Source: Parcubacteria group bacterium Greene1014_15 (GTDB taxonomy: Bacteria; Patescibacteriota; Minisyncoccia; Phycocordibacterales; VMGT01). From it: a stretch of 55,185 nucleotides of DNA. The stretch is taken from contig VMGT01000001.1 of NCBI GenBank assembly GCA_007376725.1, positions 1 to 55,185 on the forward strand. Reading direction: 5' to 3'. Each line of letters begins with the position of its first letter. The first letter of the stretch is position 1. Both the position numbers and the translations under genes were made by a program. The notes under the pieces are model-generated. The model was not told the DNA's origin. It saw nothing but the letters and a program-made list of their open reading frames with translations, and ran no database searches. Shown one piece after another: positions 23,988 to 33,722 of the stretch.

Positions 23988-25079
23988 ATGAAACATTTTA
24001 CCAACACTATAGAATGTCTTGGAAACGGAGCTCCGCACACCAAAGAGGCCGCGGCATTCGATGCTTTTTTTAAAAAAATGGGCAATAACCCAAATCTGCA
24101 TTTTGTACGAGTATTCATTACATTTGATCTTTCCCATAAAACTGAGAAGTTACAAGACAATATATATTTCATGATGTCTCAATACCAAGAATTGTTGTCT
24201 GATGAGGTGCGCCTTGCAATGTCTCTAGCTCGTTCCTTGGGTCAATATCAAAAAAAGCTGCACATCGATACAGCAAATCCAGAAGCCGATGATCGACTAT
24301 ATACCCAAGCACACTATGGAACTCTCTTTAAAAATTTGAATGCGTACGCGCATTATGATGAAGCGTATGCATTACTCAACACACGACTGACCAGAAACAA
24401 CATTAAACTGGAAACAAAAGGAAAGATTGCCTTAGATGTAGGTTGTGGCGGAGGCAGATATACACTTGCTTTGAAAAAACTGGGCTTTGAAAAGGTATAT
24501 GGGGTTGATTATAGTTCCATGAATATTGATACTGCTGGGCTTCGCGCAAAAAAAATCAGAAATGTTTTTTTTAAAAAGGCCGACGCACATGCGCTTCCGT
24601 TCAAAAACAATATGTTTGATTTTGTTTTTTGCAATGGTGTGCTTCATCATTCTCACTCGATTAGAGACGGAGTAAAGGAAATAGTGCGAGTCATGAAACC
24701 AAATGGATATGGATGGCTCTATCTTATCAATAAACCCGGGGGGATTCATTGGGACACCGTTGAATTGTTGAGACGCGTCATGCGGCCAGTACAACCAGAA
24801 TATGCAAGAAATACACTGCGACTGCTCGGGGTCCCAGAAAACAGAATTTTTTTTATTCTTGACCATATTATGGTTCCGATAAATATATTGAGCTCAAGCA
24901 ATGAAATCGAAAGAATGATTAAGGAAAACAACATCACTGATTTCAAAAGATTGGAAAGGGGCGCTGACACCGATATGATCGAGAAATTATGGAAGCTCAA
25001 AAAAACCGGCAACGATGACAAGGAAATGATTTGGAAATATGGTTCAGGAGAACACCGATATTATTTTCGCAAAAGCTAA
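23988..25079 (+). CDS. Class I SAM-dependent methyltransferase (Methyltransf_11/25-like)
   Basis: IALDVGCGGGRYTLALKKLGFEKVYGVDYS...FDFVFCNGVLHHS...MKPNGYGWL. An alternative start at ATG 24171 (MMSQYQELL) is possible. Confidence 0.8.
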   Translation: MKHFTNTIECLGNGAPHTKEAAAFDAFFKKMGNNPNLHFVRVFITFDLSHKTEKLQDNIYFMMSQYQELLSDEVRLAMSLARSLGQYQKKLHIDTANPEADDRLYTQAHYGTLFKNLNAYAHYDEAYALLNTRLTRNNIKLETKGKIALDVGCGGGRYTLALKKLGFEKVYGVDYSSMNIDTAGLRAKKIRNVFFKKADAHALPFKNNMFDFVFCNGVLHHSHSIRDGVKEIVRVMKPNGYGWLYLINKPGGIHWDTVELLRRVMRPVQPEYARNTLRLLGVPENRIFFILDHIMVPINILSSSNEIERMIKENNITDFKRLERGADTDMIEKLWKLKKTGNDDKEMIWKYGSGEHRYYFRKS

Positions 25080-25100
25080 ATCCGAGAACCTATTCACTTA

Positions 25101-26453
25101 TTATTTCAAGATACTGTCTAAAAAATCAACACTTCGTTTATATGAGTACATATCACGGAAGCGTACATACTCGTCGAGAACACGCGTACGCCCCTCTCGA
25201 TCGCAAGCAGGATGTGCAAGATACTCATTGATCTGTGCAACCATTTCATCAAAGCTTCCCGCAAGCGCAACCGCATGCATATGGAGAATTGGTTCATAGT
25301 GGCGATGTAAATATCCCTGCCGATACTTTTCCGGATAATAGATATTGATCACCGGTTTGTCGAAGATCATCGCCTCAAGCGACATAGTCGAGCGGTAATT
25401 GATTACCACATCAGAATACATAAGCGTGTATTTCGTGTTGAGCAAATCATCTTCTTCCATTTCAACATTCGTTGCCAGACGCACATTCCGATCCTTTCCC
25501 GCAGTCTCTATGTGGAAATTTTTGTATGACGATCCGTCCATAAATTTCTTGAATTTATCAATCTCTTCCTTCGGATGGAGTCGTACAAAGATATTCGGAT
25601 ATCCTGAAAATTTTCCTGCGGCGCGCGCCTCGATCAGATCCTCAAGCAGAATATGATCGCGATCGTAATTTCCTGCGGTCACTGTCGTCAGCAAAATTGT
25701 TTTCTCCGCAGGATCGAGGCCTTTGCTGTTAAGAAACGCTTCTCTGCTTGGTTCATTCGATTGTTTTTGAAAGTATTTATCAAAACGTATGATGCCCGAT
25801 ACGAACACATGGTCATCTGGATACAAGTATTCGCGCACAGCAATATCTTTGATGATACGCGTCCACACAATCATATAGTCCACACGGCGAAAATGTATGC
25901 CGCCGTTGTGGAGATTGTCCCAACTGAAATCAATGCACACGGTCGGTATCTTGTTCTGTTTGGCGAGAATGACTGCCTGTGCGTCATAGTGTGTAAAGCC
26001 TGGAGTCGGCGTTATTGAGAGAACCGGCTGGTATTTTTGTACATACTCTGTAAATTTCTTGCATTTCGGTAAAAAACGCACTTCAAGAGCAGTAAACAGT
26101 TCGGGTGTGATCCAGCCAGACGGCACGAGGAGCCCAATCATTCGCATCACTTTTCGCCTCCAATCAGCATATCCGCGATTCCGATGCTTTCTGATAACTG
26201 GTTCAAAATCATATTTGCGTATGAGGGGATTTCGCAAGAAGTCACCAAAAAGAATCCAGAACTTGGGCTGGTACAGTTCCCAAGGAATATATGTTGCATG
26301 AGCAAGTTTTGGATAGGGCTTGCCACCATGCAAAATTTCAGGCAAAGCAAAAACAATGACGCGATACTTTGTCGATAAATACTGTATATATTCCGTTCTT
26401 AATAGATCGGAAGAGTAGATGAAGTTGGGAATAAAAAGAAAAACAGTTTTCAT
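25101..26453 (-). CDS. Uncharacterised GT-B/TagF-like family protein, paralog 3 of 5 (most divergent; retains the HP motif)
   Basis: 450 aa. MKTVFLFIPNF, IDFSWDNLHNGG, SGIIRFDKY, FVRLHPKEE, SDVVINYRSTMSLEAMIFDKPVINIYY. Confidence 0.75.
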   Translation of the reverse strand: MKTVFLFIPNFIYSSDLLRTEYIQYLSTKYRVIVFALPEILHGGKPYPKLAHATYIPWELYQPKFWILFGDFLRNPLIRKYDFEPVIRKHRNRGYADWRRKVMRMIGLLVPSGWITPELFTALEVRFLPKCKKFTEYVQKYQPVLSITPTPGFTHYDAQAVILAKQNKIPTVCIDFSWDNLHNGGIHFRRVDYMIVWTRIIKDIAVREYLYPDDHVFVSGIIRFDKYFQKQSNEPSREAFLNSKGLDPAEKTILLTTVTAGNYDRDHILLEDLIEARAAGKFSGYPNIFVRLHPKEEIDKFKKFMDGSSYKNFHIETAGKDRNVRLATNVEMEEDDLLNTKYTLMYSDVVINYRSTMSLEAMIFDKPVINIYYPEKYRQGYLHRHYEPILHMHAVALAGSFDEMVAQINEYLAHPACDREGRTRVLDEYVRFRDMYSYKRSVDFLDSILK

Positions 26454-26466
26454 GAATTCTAAAGAA

Positions 26467-27156
26467 TTATCTTCTATCTGATAGTAAAGGGAGCGCTTTG
26501 GGTGGTTTTATTTTGCTGAAGTATTTTTCAAGACGTGGGTGTTCCCGTATCTCATTCCATCCATTCTTGATCTCCCGTATGATCCATGGTGCGCGATAAC
26601 AATAATACAGTGTCCCGCCCTTATATTCTCCCCTATAGAGTATTTTTTTCACCCATAAGGCGTAGCGGCCGCGAAGAGTCTCGCGAATCATTCTGCGCTG
26701 TGGTCGGCGAACTCCTTCAATGTAAACAATCTTTGGATAGACACCAGAGAATAAATCATGAATGAATCTCTTATAACCTCCATCATGATTCTGGCCATTT
26801 GCACCATCAACAATCACAAGATCAAAATGCCGCGATGAAGGCATCTGCATGTATGAAGTAAGAAGCTTGAATCGCCCATCAAACATCTGTAAATTCTTTT
26901 TCAATTGTTCGATGCAAAAAAAGTTGTCTTCATACGTCGTCAGCGCTGCGCGCGAGTGCGCAAGAATAGCGTATGAAAGCGTTCCAATCCCGGCGCCAAT
27001 TTCAAGAACGTTTTCTGACTTCGCAGCAAGTTTAAGAACAGCACAAATAGAAAGAGGGGTAGCAATATGCTCCGAACCCTCTTTTTCCTTGAAAGCTTCG
27101 TATATTTCCATAGCATCCTCCTCAAACTGCTTTTCTGATATATCTTTTGTAAGCAT
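26467..27156 (-). CDS. Probable SAM-dependent methyltransferase-fold protein
   Basis: VLEIGAGIGTLSYAIL (motif I-like) and DLVIVDGANG. I do not recognise the rest. Confidence 0.5.
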   Translation of the reverse strand: MLTKDISEKQFEEDAMEIYEAFKEKEGSEHIATPLSICAVLKLAAKSENVLEIGAGIGTLSYAILAHSRAALTTYEDNFFCIEQLKKNLQMFDGRFKLLTSYMQMPSSRHFDLVIVDGANGQNHDGGYKRFIHDLFSGVYPKIVYIEGVRRPQRRMIRETLRGRYALWVKKILYRGEYKGGTLYYCYRAPWIIREIKNGWNEIREHPRLEKYFSKIKPPKALPLLSDRR

Positions 27157-27162
27157 TCAATG

Positions 27163-28689
27163 TTATTTATACTGAACAATATCAGTCGCCTCAATAAAAC
27201 CTGGAACATCAGTCACTTTAAAAAAGTTCTTGTTCGGAAGCATGTCTAAATTTGTCCCAAAGTATTCGTTAAGCACAATTCTGACCACGTTTACAGGCGT
27301 CAATGTTTCGGACAAAACAAGATGTCTTTTGCCCGGTAAAAAAAGCGCGCTGAAATTACGCATACCTTCCTGAAAGATAAAGTCGCGACGAGCTCCTTCA
27401 AGCGTAAGGACACCATTGTCAGGAGTAATACCCGACCCGTGATCGGATTGTATAATAATAATAGGAGATGTATCTGATTCTTCAAAAATATGATCAACGA
27501 GTCGCGTAAGCTTTGTGTTCAAATAGCGCACCTGCCGAACATAATTTTCTTTTTCCTCGCGCCCGTTTTCAATATTCGCCGGCACAAAAGATCCATCTGT
27601 ATCAAATACATACGGATGATGGGGTATCTCAAGATGCGCAAAAACATACGTTGATTCTGGCCGAGAAGCGATACGTTCCAACTCGTCGAATTCATGTTGA
27701 ATTCGTTTCCACTGGACCTTTCGATGATCCAAAAGATCCATTGCTTCAGTAACCGTTTCGAGCACTGTCGTATTATAAAGAATGAGAGAAAATTCGGTCC
27801 CGAACGGCACAGGTTGATAGTTAATATTTTCATCTGCATACCTGTTGTTCAATGTTGGCGTCCATGGTGATCCTATATGAATAGTGTGGTATCCTTGTTG
27901 ATTCATAAAGTGAATCAACCTGTTATTTTCCAAGAGTTTACCTAACTTTTCTTCTTCATAGCGCAGACCGACGATTGTATCGAGATACTCCATATTAAGC
28001 TGAGAGGAAAGCGAGTAGATGGTTTTTGAGTAGTTACTCGTACTTTTTGGCACAACATAAAAACCGAGACGAGTAAGATATGACGTAAATTCAGAAATGT
28101 CAAAATTAAAAAATTCCTTAAATGACCATTCGCTCGCATACGCATCGATAATAATGTAATAGATATCAGGCAAAACTTCTGGTCGCGTAACTATGCCATA
28201 ATCAAATGCCGCAATGTGGTCAGAAAGCGGTGGATCCGTAATGAATGTTCTAATTTTATAGGCAGCTATTTGCAAGAGAGAGAGAGCAACAAGCACGACC
28301 GCCATGATGTTCGCGATCATGGTTATTGTTCTATGAGATGCCTTCGGGCGATATGCATAAAACACGCCTCCACACAACAACAACCCCCATAGAGCAAGAA
28401 CATATCTGTGTCGAACGGTTTCACCAATAAGTGTATAAAAGTATCCGTAGGAAAAAAACAGTACAAGGAACCATGATACAGCGAGCGCAGACGTTCTATA
28501 TGAGCGCGTCATGATGTATAAGACACCCCATACAACGAGTGCCCCGAGCATCGAGACAAGCGCTGGATTGATCGCATGCGAGACGGGTGTTTTGTCAATA
28601 TTTGCCGCAAGCAGGGCAATGACGGGAAAAAGAGCTACAAACAACGGATGCAGCGGGTATTTTTTAAAAATATACTTGATGCTTTGCAT
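27163..28689 (-). CDS. Membrane-anchored sulfatase / LtaS / phosphotransferase-like enzyme (alkaline-phosphatase superfamily)
   Basis: About 5 N-terminal TM segments, then DIYYIIIDAYAS (metal-binding Asp region) and IIIIQSDHGSG (SDHG motif), as in LTA synthase / phosphoglycerol or phosphoethanolamine transferases. Confidence 0.72.
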   Translation of the reverse strand: MQSIKYIFKKYPLHPLFVALFPVIALLAANIDKTPVSHAINPALVSMLGALVVWGVLYIMTRSYRTSALAVSWFLVLFFSYGYFYTLIGETVRHRYVLALWGLLLCGGVFYAYRPKASHRTITMIANIMAVVLVALSLLQIAAYKIRTFITDPPLSDHIAAFDYGIVTRPEVLPDIYYIIIDAYASEWSFKEFFNFDISEFTSYLTRLGFYVVPKSTSNYSKTIYSLSSQLNMEYLDTIVGLRYEEEKLGKLLENNRLIHFMNQQGYHTIHIGSPWTPTLNNRYADENINYQPVPFGTEFSLILYNTTVLETVTEAMDLLDHRKVQWKRIQHEFDELERIASRPESTYVFAHLEIPHHPYVFDTDGSFVPANIENGREEKENYVRQVRYLNTKLTRLVDHIFEESDTSPIIIIQSDHGSGITPDNGVLTLEGARRDFIFQEGMRNFSALFLPGKRHLVLSETLTPVNVVRIVLNEYFGTNLDMLPNKNFFKVTDVPGFIEATDIVQYK

Positions 28690-28704
28690 ATACTACAAAA
28701 ATTA

Positions 28705-30090
28705 TTACTTCAGTGCCGGTTTTTTTCTCATAAGATAGAGTACGCGCTCGGTACCATCAATATGCCGTTCCTGTTCTATTACAAAAAACTCCCCGAATGA
28801 ATCTCGAAAATCTTTCTCTGTATACGCAGGGAAAATATCCTCTCTTGTGCGCAAGAGCCGCTTCACCTGTGAATCGTTTTTAGGCACAAACTCGATAATA
28901 AGATAGTGCGTCACACGAGAAAAAAACTGCGCAATCATAGAAAATGGCACGTTGTTTCCTATGGCAAGATGATGCACAAGGGCGAGAGCGAACGCACAGT
29001 CTACGGGGGCCCGCTCTATAATCGACATCCGCTCTTCGCTTCCCCATCCGAGCGCCGGACTTGGATTCGCCATGTCAAGAATAAGCGGAAGTAAAAATTC
29101 CTCATTCTTAGAACGTACTGTACGGTAATTCTTTTCAATAGCAGCCGGATCGTTATCAAAACAAATCGTAGCGATTTTACGATCGCTTGCGCGTCTACTG
29201 AAACGACCATCGTTCCCCCCAAAATCCCACACTGTTTTTGGTGAAATCATTGAAAGAAATGAATCCACAATGGCAACTTTGCCGAGCAATGCTTCATTGG
29301 AGTAATTAGTATCGGTATAATAGTCCGCCCATTCAGTTCCTGCAGGATTCCACGTAAGATTCCTTACAGCGCGTTCCAAACTTTCAATGATTCCAAGAAA
29401 CGAAGCGCGCGACATGCGGAGACTCCTGCGCGGCGCATCTTTATCAGCAAAGTAGTTTTGACTTTTCGCATGCAGATGGATATGAGACAATAACGAAAAG
29501 CGCCCATACGTCCACGTAGGAAGTAGCTTGCTCGCAAGATCAAGGGGAACGCCGTCTACATACAAACGCAAAAGAGAGGAAAGACGCACATCAATGTAAC
29601 TCATAAGAGCAAGGGGTGCAAGAAAATGCTGACAAAATTGACGATATGCAATCCATGGAAAACCCTCACGGTATCGTTCAAAAGACAATGTATCAATCAG
29701 AAGCGGTTTTCCCCCAACAAATTGTATATTGTACGCACTGGCATCTTTGAGCGACATCCCGTGCATAAGCGCTCTCTTTTGTATCGCCAGGATTGCACGT
29801 GCGGCATCTTGCAACTGGCCAAAGCACCACTCATACGGATAGGATATGAATGGTATAAAAAGCGGCTTGATGACCGCGCATGCATCCTTTGAAAACGCAT
29901 GTTCAAGCGAGGCATTTTCGTGAGCAATAAGCAATCGATCACCGACTAATTCGCGGTAAAGACCGGAATTCATGAGCATCTCAAAATCTTCCCTGTAGGA
30001 AGTGTGTATTTGGCGATAGAGAATGCCCTCGCGAATGAACAAAAGACCACTTGGATCGCGGAATGAACTAGTGAGTTTTCTCATCGCCAT
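28705..30090 (-). CDS. Two-domain protein: uncharacterised N-terminal domain (SFRDPSG...) plus a C-terminal class I SAM methyltransferase fold
   Basis: N-terminus: SFRDPSGLLFIREGILYRQI...LKDASAYNIQFVGGKPLLIDTLSFE. C-terminus: VWDFGGNDGRFSRRAS (motif I-like) ...ALALVHHL. Confidence 0.6.
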   Translation of the reverse strand: MAMRKLTSSFRDPSGLLFIREGILYRQIHTSYREDFEMLMNSGLYRELVGDRLLIAHENASLEHAFSKDACAVIKPLFIPFISYPYEWCFGQLQDAARAILAIQKRALMHGMSLKDASAYNIQFVGGKPLLIDTLSFERYREGFPWIAYRQFCQHFLAPLALMSYIDVRLSSLLRLYVDGVPLDLASKLLPTWTYGRFSLLSHIHLHAKSQNYFADKDAPRRSLRMSRASFLGIIESLERAVRNLTWNPAGTEWADYYTDTNYSNEALLGKVAIVDSFLSMISPKTVWDFGGNDGRFSRRASDRKIATICFDNDPAAIEKNYRTVRSKNEEFLLPLILDMANPSPALGWGSEERMSIIERAPVDCAFALALVHHLAIGNNVPFSMIAQFFSRVTHYLIIEFVPKNDSQVKRLLRTREDIFPAYTEKDFRDSFGEFFVIEQERHIDGTERVLYLMRKKPALK

Positions 30091-30331
30091 GAGTTTCTTC
30101 TGGTTGCGCCAACTGGGCAGGTTGCGCCGATTTCCTTACAAAAAATCGTTTGATAGTTCCCCAAGATGCCCGCATGGTAAAAGAAAGCCCGACAGCACTT
30201 GCAATGATCATCTGGATAAAAAAACTGCCCGTGCCTGGATCTATATATGCAAATGTTTGTAGTGGTTCAATGAACACCAGCACGGTGAAAACAAAGAAAA
30301 TTTTTGAATATTTCTTGTTATATATGCGCAT
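30068..30331 (-). CDS. Small secreted/membrane protein with a YIDPGTGS motif
   Basis: From ATG 30331: MRIYNKKYSKIFFVFTVLVFIEPLQTFA (signal-peptide-like), then YIDPGTGSFFIQMIIASAVGLSF (a TM segment), then a basic tail. It overlaps the next gene by 23 nt. Confidence 0.5.
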   Translation of the reverse strand: MRIYNKKYSKIFFVFTVLVFIEPLQTFAYIDPGTGSFFIQMIIASAVGLSFTMRASWGTIKRFFVRKSAQPAQLAQPEETHGDEKTH

Positions 30332-30396
30332 GACTACCATATTAGTGAGAAACCAAGGCATTGTCAATTTTTATTGTAGTTACCAAGCTCACCGTT

Positions 30397-30559
30397 CTAG
30401 TACTCTGTTAATTTAATTTTCAGCCCTACAATTCCTAAATTTCGGCTGCAAATGGAGTTTCAGTCGTCATTGAATCTGGATTCAATTCCTTCCTCATCCT
30501 CCATTTTCGCTCAATTTAGGAAGTCTAGTGGACCGAAAATTAAATTAACAGAGTACTAG
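30397..30559. repeat. 163-bp palindromic element E with perfect 25-bp terminal inverted repeats
   Basis: CTAGTACTCTGTTAATTTAATTTTC (30397-30421) is the exact reverse complement of 30535-30559. The interior is also self-complementary (TTCCTAAATT/AATTTAGGAA, GCAAATGGAG/CTCCATTTTCGC, central TGAATCTGGATTCA). The right arm overlaps the asnB-like stop codon (30556-30558). Confidence 0.85.
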
Positions 30560-32316
30560 CTTTTAGAATCAATGAACGCACGAAACCAAAGTTCCAAATT
30601 GATACACTGCCAGAGAAAAAAAGAATTGCTTCCAACACCCTCATAGAATGCATCAACTTTTGCCATAAGTGCGCGGTGATCGAAGTAGCCGCGACGACGA
30701 AATGAGGGTGACATGAGGAGCGAAAAAATTTCATCTCGATAGTGATTTTGTCGAAGCCATTCCACTTGCACAGCAGTAAAGGTATTTTTAGGACGCGTTC
30801 GAATAATCTCTGGCACATAGTAGCCGAGAACATCGCGAGCAAGCGCCTTATGTATACCATTTCGAATCTTATATTCTAATGGCAAAAAAAAGCAGAACTC
30901 GACCAACCGATGATCGAGATACGGCACGCGAAGTTCCCTGCTCGCATGCATACTTGCGTGGTCTTTGAAACGAAGGTCACGCAATAAACGTGTATGCTTT
31001 ATATCGCGATACTGGGCATTTTGAAGCGCGGAGTTAAATGGAGTAGTAAAATCTAGGTGCCGGCCTGCGTATTCTCTTGTGAATGTAGAAGAAAGAATGG
31101 TGTGATCAAGAAACACCGACGTGTCCTGGCTCATACTGCCAGAAACAGGAATCCTACCAGAATCTCTTGCAAGATCGAGTTCATAATATTTATACCCAGC
31201 AAGTATCTCATCAAGTCCATCGCCATCAAGAAGCACGGTGATCCCCTCTGCGCGCGCGCGTTCATACATAAAAAGCAAGCCTGTAGTCGCAATGCCGCCG
31301 TAGGGCTGATCTTCAATCTTCATCATTTCCTGCACGCGCGCAAAGACATCCGCCGGCTTAAGATAGTGCGGATGCCACCTTGTACGCTGTGAAGCAGTGA
31401 GCGAGGCGTCAAGCAGAGTACATTCATCGTATGTAGCGCTTTGGTAACACGCCGACACCATCTGTGGCACGCGCGGAGTTTTCCGCTCTGCAAAATAGAG
31501 GAGTCCGTTTGAATCCATGCCGCTGGTGAGACTAATGCCCACGGGAACATCGCTTCGAAATTGCAGACGAATAGCATCCGATAAAAGTTCCTCAAAACGA
31601 TCTCGTATATCCGTTTCCGACAAACTCATTTCAGGTGGACGCATCTCCGCAAGATCCCAATATTTTTTAATCGTTATTTTTCCTTTTTTCCACGTGAGAA
31701 AGTGGCCTGGCCGCAAACAATCAATGTTCTTAAAAAAAGTCTGCGAGCTATGATCGTAGAAGCCATAGTACAAGTAATCGTAGATAATACCGTCATTTTG
31801 CGCATAGTGCACACCAAGAGCGCCGAGTCCTTTAATTTCGGATGAAAAAAAGAACGTCCCATTGGGTGCATGGTGATAAAAAAGAGGTTTAATACCAAGA
31901 CGATCGCGAGCACAGAAAAGCACGCGTTCTTTTCTGTCCCAGATCGCAAATGCATACATGCCGTTGAGCCGCTTGAGACACCTTTCTCCCCATGTTGCAT
32001 ACGCTGCAAGCAAGACTTCTGTATCGGTCTTCGTCTTAAAGGGATACGACTTCACAAGCTCCTCCTTTAGTTCAAGATAATTATATATCTCGCCGTTAAA
32101 TGTGATCACAAACCTTTCGTCATGCGAATGCATCGGTTGCTTCCCTGCATCCGATAGGTCAATGATTGAGAGCCGCCGATGCCCAAGCGCTATTCCCTCT
32201 ATAGCATCATAGTAGGCGCCGCTACCATCAGGACCGCGATGCGCAAGCAAATCGCGAGCGCTTGTACATAAGCGCTCTCCTGGGATTTTGCCTGCAACAC
32301 CAATAATTCCACACAT
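30556..32316 (-). CDS. asnB: Asparagine synthase (glutamine-hydrolysing) family amidotransferase
   Basis: The N-terminal MCGIIG nucleophile, HRGPDG, HRRLSIID, and the synthetase-domain PP-loop-like region SLTSGMDS. Confidence 0.9.
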   Translation of the reverse strand: MCGIIGVAGKIPGERLCTSARDLLAHRGPDGSGAYYDAIEGIALGHRRLSIIDLSDAGKQPMHSHDERFVITFNGEIYNYLELKEELVKSYPFKTKTDTEVLLAAYATWGERCLKRLNGMYAFAIWDRKERVLFCARDRLGIKPLFYHHAPNGTFFFSSEIKGLGALGVHYAQNDGIIYDYLYYGFYDHSSQTFFKNIDCLRPGHFLTWKKGKITIKKYWDLAEMRPPEMSLSETDIRDRFEELLSDAIRLQFRSDVPVGISLTSGMDSNGLLYFAERKTPRVPQMVSACYQSATYDECTLLDASLTASQRTRWHPHYLKPADVFARVQEMMKIEDQPYGGIATTGLLFMYERARAEGITVLLDGDGLDEILAGYKYYELDLARDSGRIPVSGSMSQDTSVFLDHTILSSTFTREYAGRHLDFTTPFNSALQNAQYRDIKHTRLLRDLRFKDHASMHASRELRVPYLDHRLVEFCFFLPLEYKIRNGIHKALARDVLGYYVPEIIRTRPKNTFTAVQVEWLRQNHYRDEIFSLLMSPSFRRRGYFDHRALMAKVDAFYEGVGSNSFFLWQCINLELWFRAFIDSKS

Positions 32317-32329
32317 GTATTTGTGTTAT

Positions 32330-33712
32330 TTATGTCATTTCTCGTTTATTCAAAAAGTGCGCAAATTTCCTATCGAGCACGCTCCGTATTTGATCTTTTA
32401 GTAATTTTAAAAATTGCGCATCCTCATGATCAAATACAAAAAAACGATTCCATGCAATCGGTATATCATGCTTCATGCGTGAAAGATATACAAGAAATAT
32501 CAGGAGCATAATCGTCATCATGAATAATTTGTCAAACACCATCCCCCATAATCCCAAAAGTGGGAGAAGGATAAGGAGGGACGGAATCCGCAGTATCGTT
32601 TTGAACATATCGTGGAAAAACCAAAATTTCTGCTTTCTTAAAGCATGCACATACAGTGCGGGAATTATCACAAGAGCGTTCATGGGCAGTGTAATAAGAA
32701 GCGCGTAGAAATACGGCAATGCTCCCTCGTAGGGAACAAAAAATGTGCGGATAACAGGCGGCGCCAAAACAAACGAGAGACATCCGACAACAAACATAAG
32801 CGCCACAAAATACTTTGTTCCATAGGTAAGAATACGCCTCGCCATTACCCTATCATGCACCCTAAGGGGAATAATCGAAGAAAGTGTGCTTGTTGGAAAA
32901 AGCTTTCGAATAATGCCCACCATCGTATCAGCAATCGAATAGATGGCAACCGCCTCCGTACTGATAAATATTTTTATGAGCCAAGGCTGAATACGGTCAG
33001 TGAACAACCCAAGAAATTGACCGGCAAGAAACCATTTGCCATGCGCACGAAGCAATCGCCAGAACACAGGTCCTCGTTCAGCAGTGACGAGCCGCCATGG
33101 TTTATAGGCGCGCACTGTGCCTGGGAGAAGAAACAACACTGATGCATACGAAGAAATGACGATTGATAGAAGTACTTCGCGAATACCAATACTTCCAAAA
33201 AACAAAAAATAGAGAAGGATGCCACATTGAATGATTTTCTGTATCGAACTCCGACGCGCAAATGTTCCAAAATCCAGACGATACGCCATAAGTTTCTTGC
33301 CAAAGGCGATAAGTTCATCAGACACAAACAAAAAAGAAAAGATTTTGAAAAATGCAAGAAATGTGTCGTCGTACTTAAAGGACACGAGCGGCGTTCCAAA
33401 ATAGAATATACCTGCAGCTAGGAGCGAAAACAACAAACGAACACCATGGGTTTGCAAAAAAATACGTTTTGCCCTCGCCTCATTGCCATCTCCCATAGCG
33501 CAAGAAACATCCGTTCCCGCAAAACTGACACCTATCCCTGTCAACCCGCTAAAAAAGCCATACCCCGATAGTAAAAGCTGGAAAACTCCGTACTGGTAGA
33601 CCGAAAGCGCCGAGAGGGTTATGACCGTATTAATAAAACCAATGCCCTTTGAGACAAATCCCCAGCTTGCAATCACAAGCTCGCCTTCAATATACTTTTT
33701 TGTGTACGACAT
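32330..33712 (-). CDS. Wzx-like polysaccharide flippase (MOP superfamily) membrane protein
   Basis: About 12-14 hydrophobic segments in the typical Polysacc_synt layout. The start is taken at ATG 33712 (MSYTKKY), because the longer track ORF overlaps the upstream gene by ~200 nt. Confidence 0.72.
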   Translation of the reverse strand: MSYTKKYIEGELVIASWGFVSKGIGFINTVITLSALSVYQYGVFQLLLSGYGFFSGLTGIGVSFAGTDVSCAMGDGNEARAKRIFLQTHGVRLLFSLLAAGIFYFGTPLVSFKYDDTFLAFFKIFSFLFVSDELIAFGKKLMAYRLDFGTFARRSSIQKIIQCGILLYFLFFGSIGIREVLLSIVISSYASVLFLLPGTVRAYKPWRLVTAERGPVFWRLLRAHGKWFLAGQFLGLFTDRIQPWLIKIFISTEAVAIYSIADTMVGIIRKLFPTSTLSSIIPLRVHDRVMARRILTYGTKYFVALMFVVGCLSFVLAPPVIRTFFVPYEGALPYFYALLITLPMNALVIIPALYVHALRKQKFWFFHDMFKTILRIPSLLILLPLLGLWGMVFDKLFMMTIMLLIFLVYLSRMKHDIPIAWNRFFVFDHEDAQFLKLLKDQIRSVLDRKFAHFLNKREMT

Positions 33713-33722
33713 ATCGTGTGAG

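Noticed and set aside
23988-24170. The N-terminal 61 codons of the 23988-25079 methyltransferase, as possibly non-coding (true start at ATG 24171).
   Set aside because: I could not decide from sequence. Neither start has an SD, so the longer ORF is kept as the reported feature with the alternative noted.
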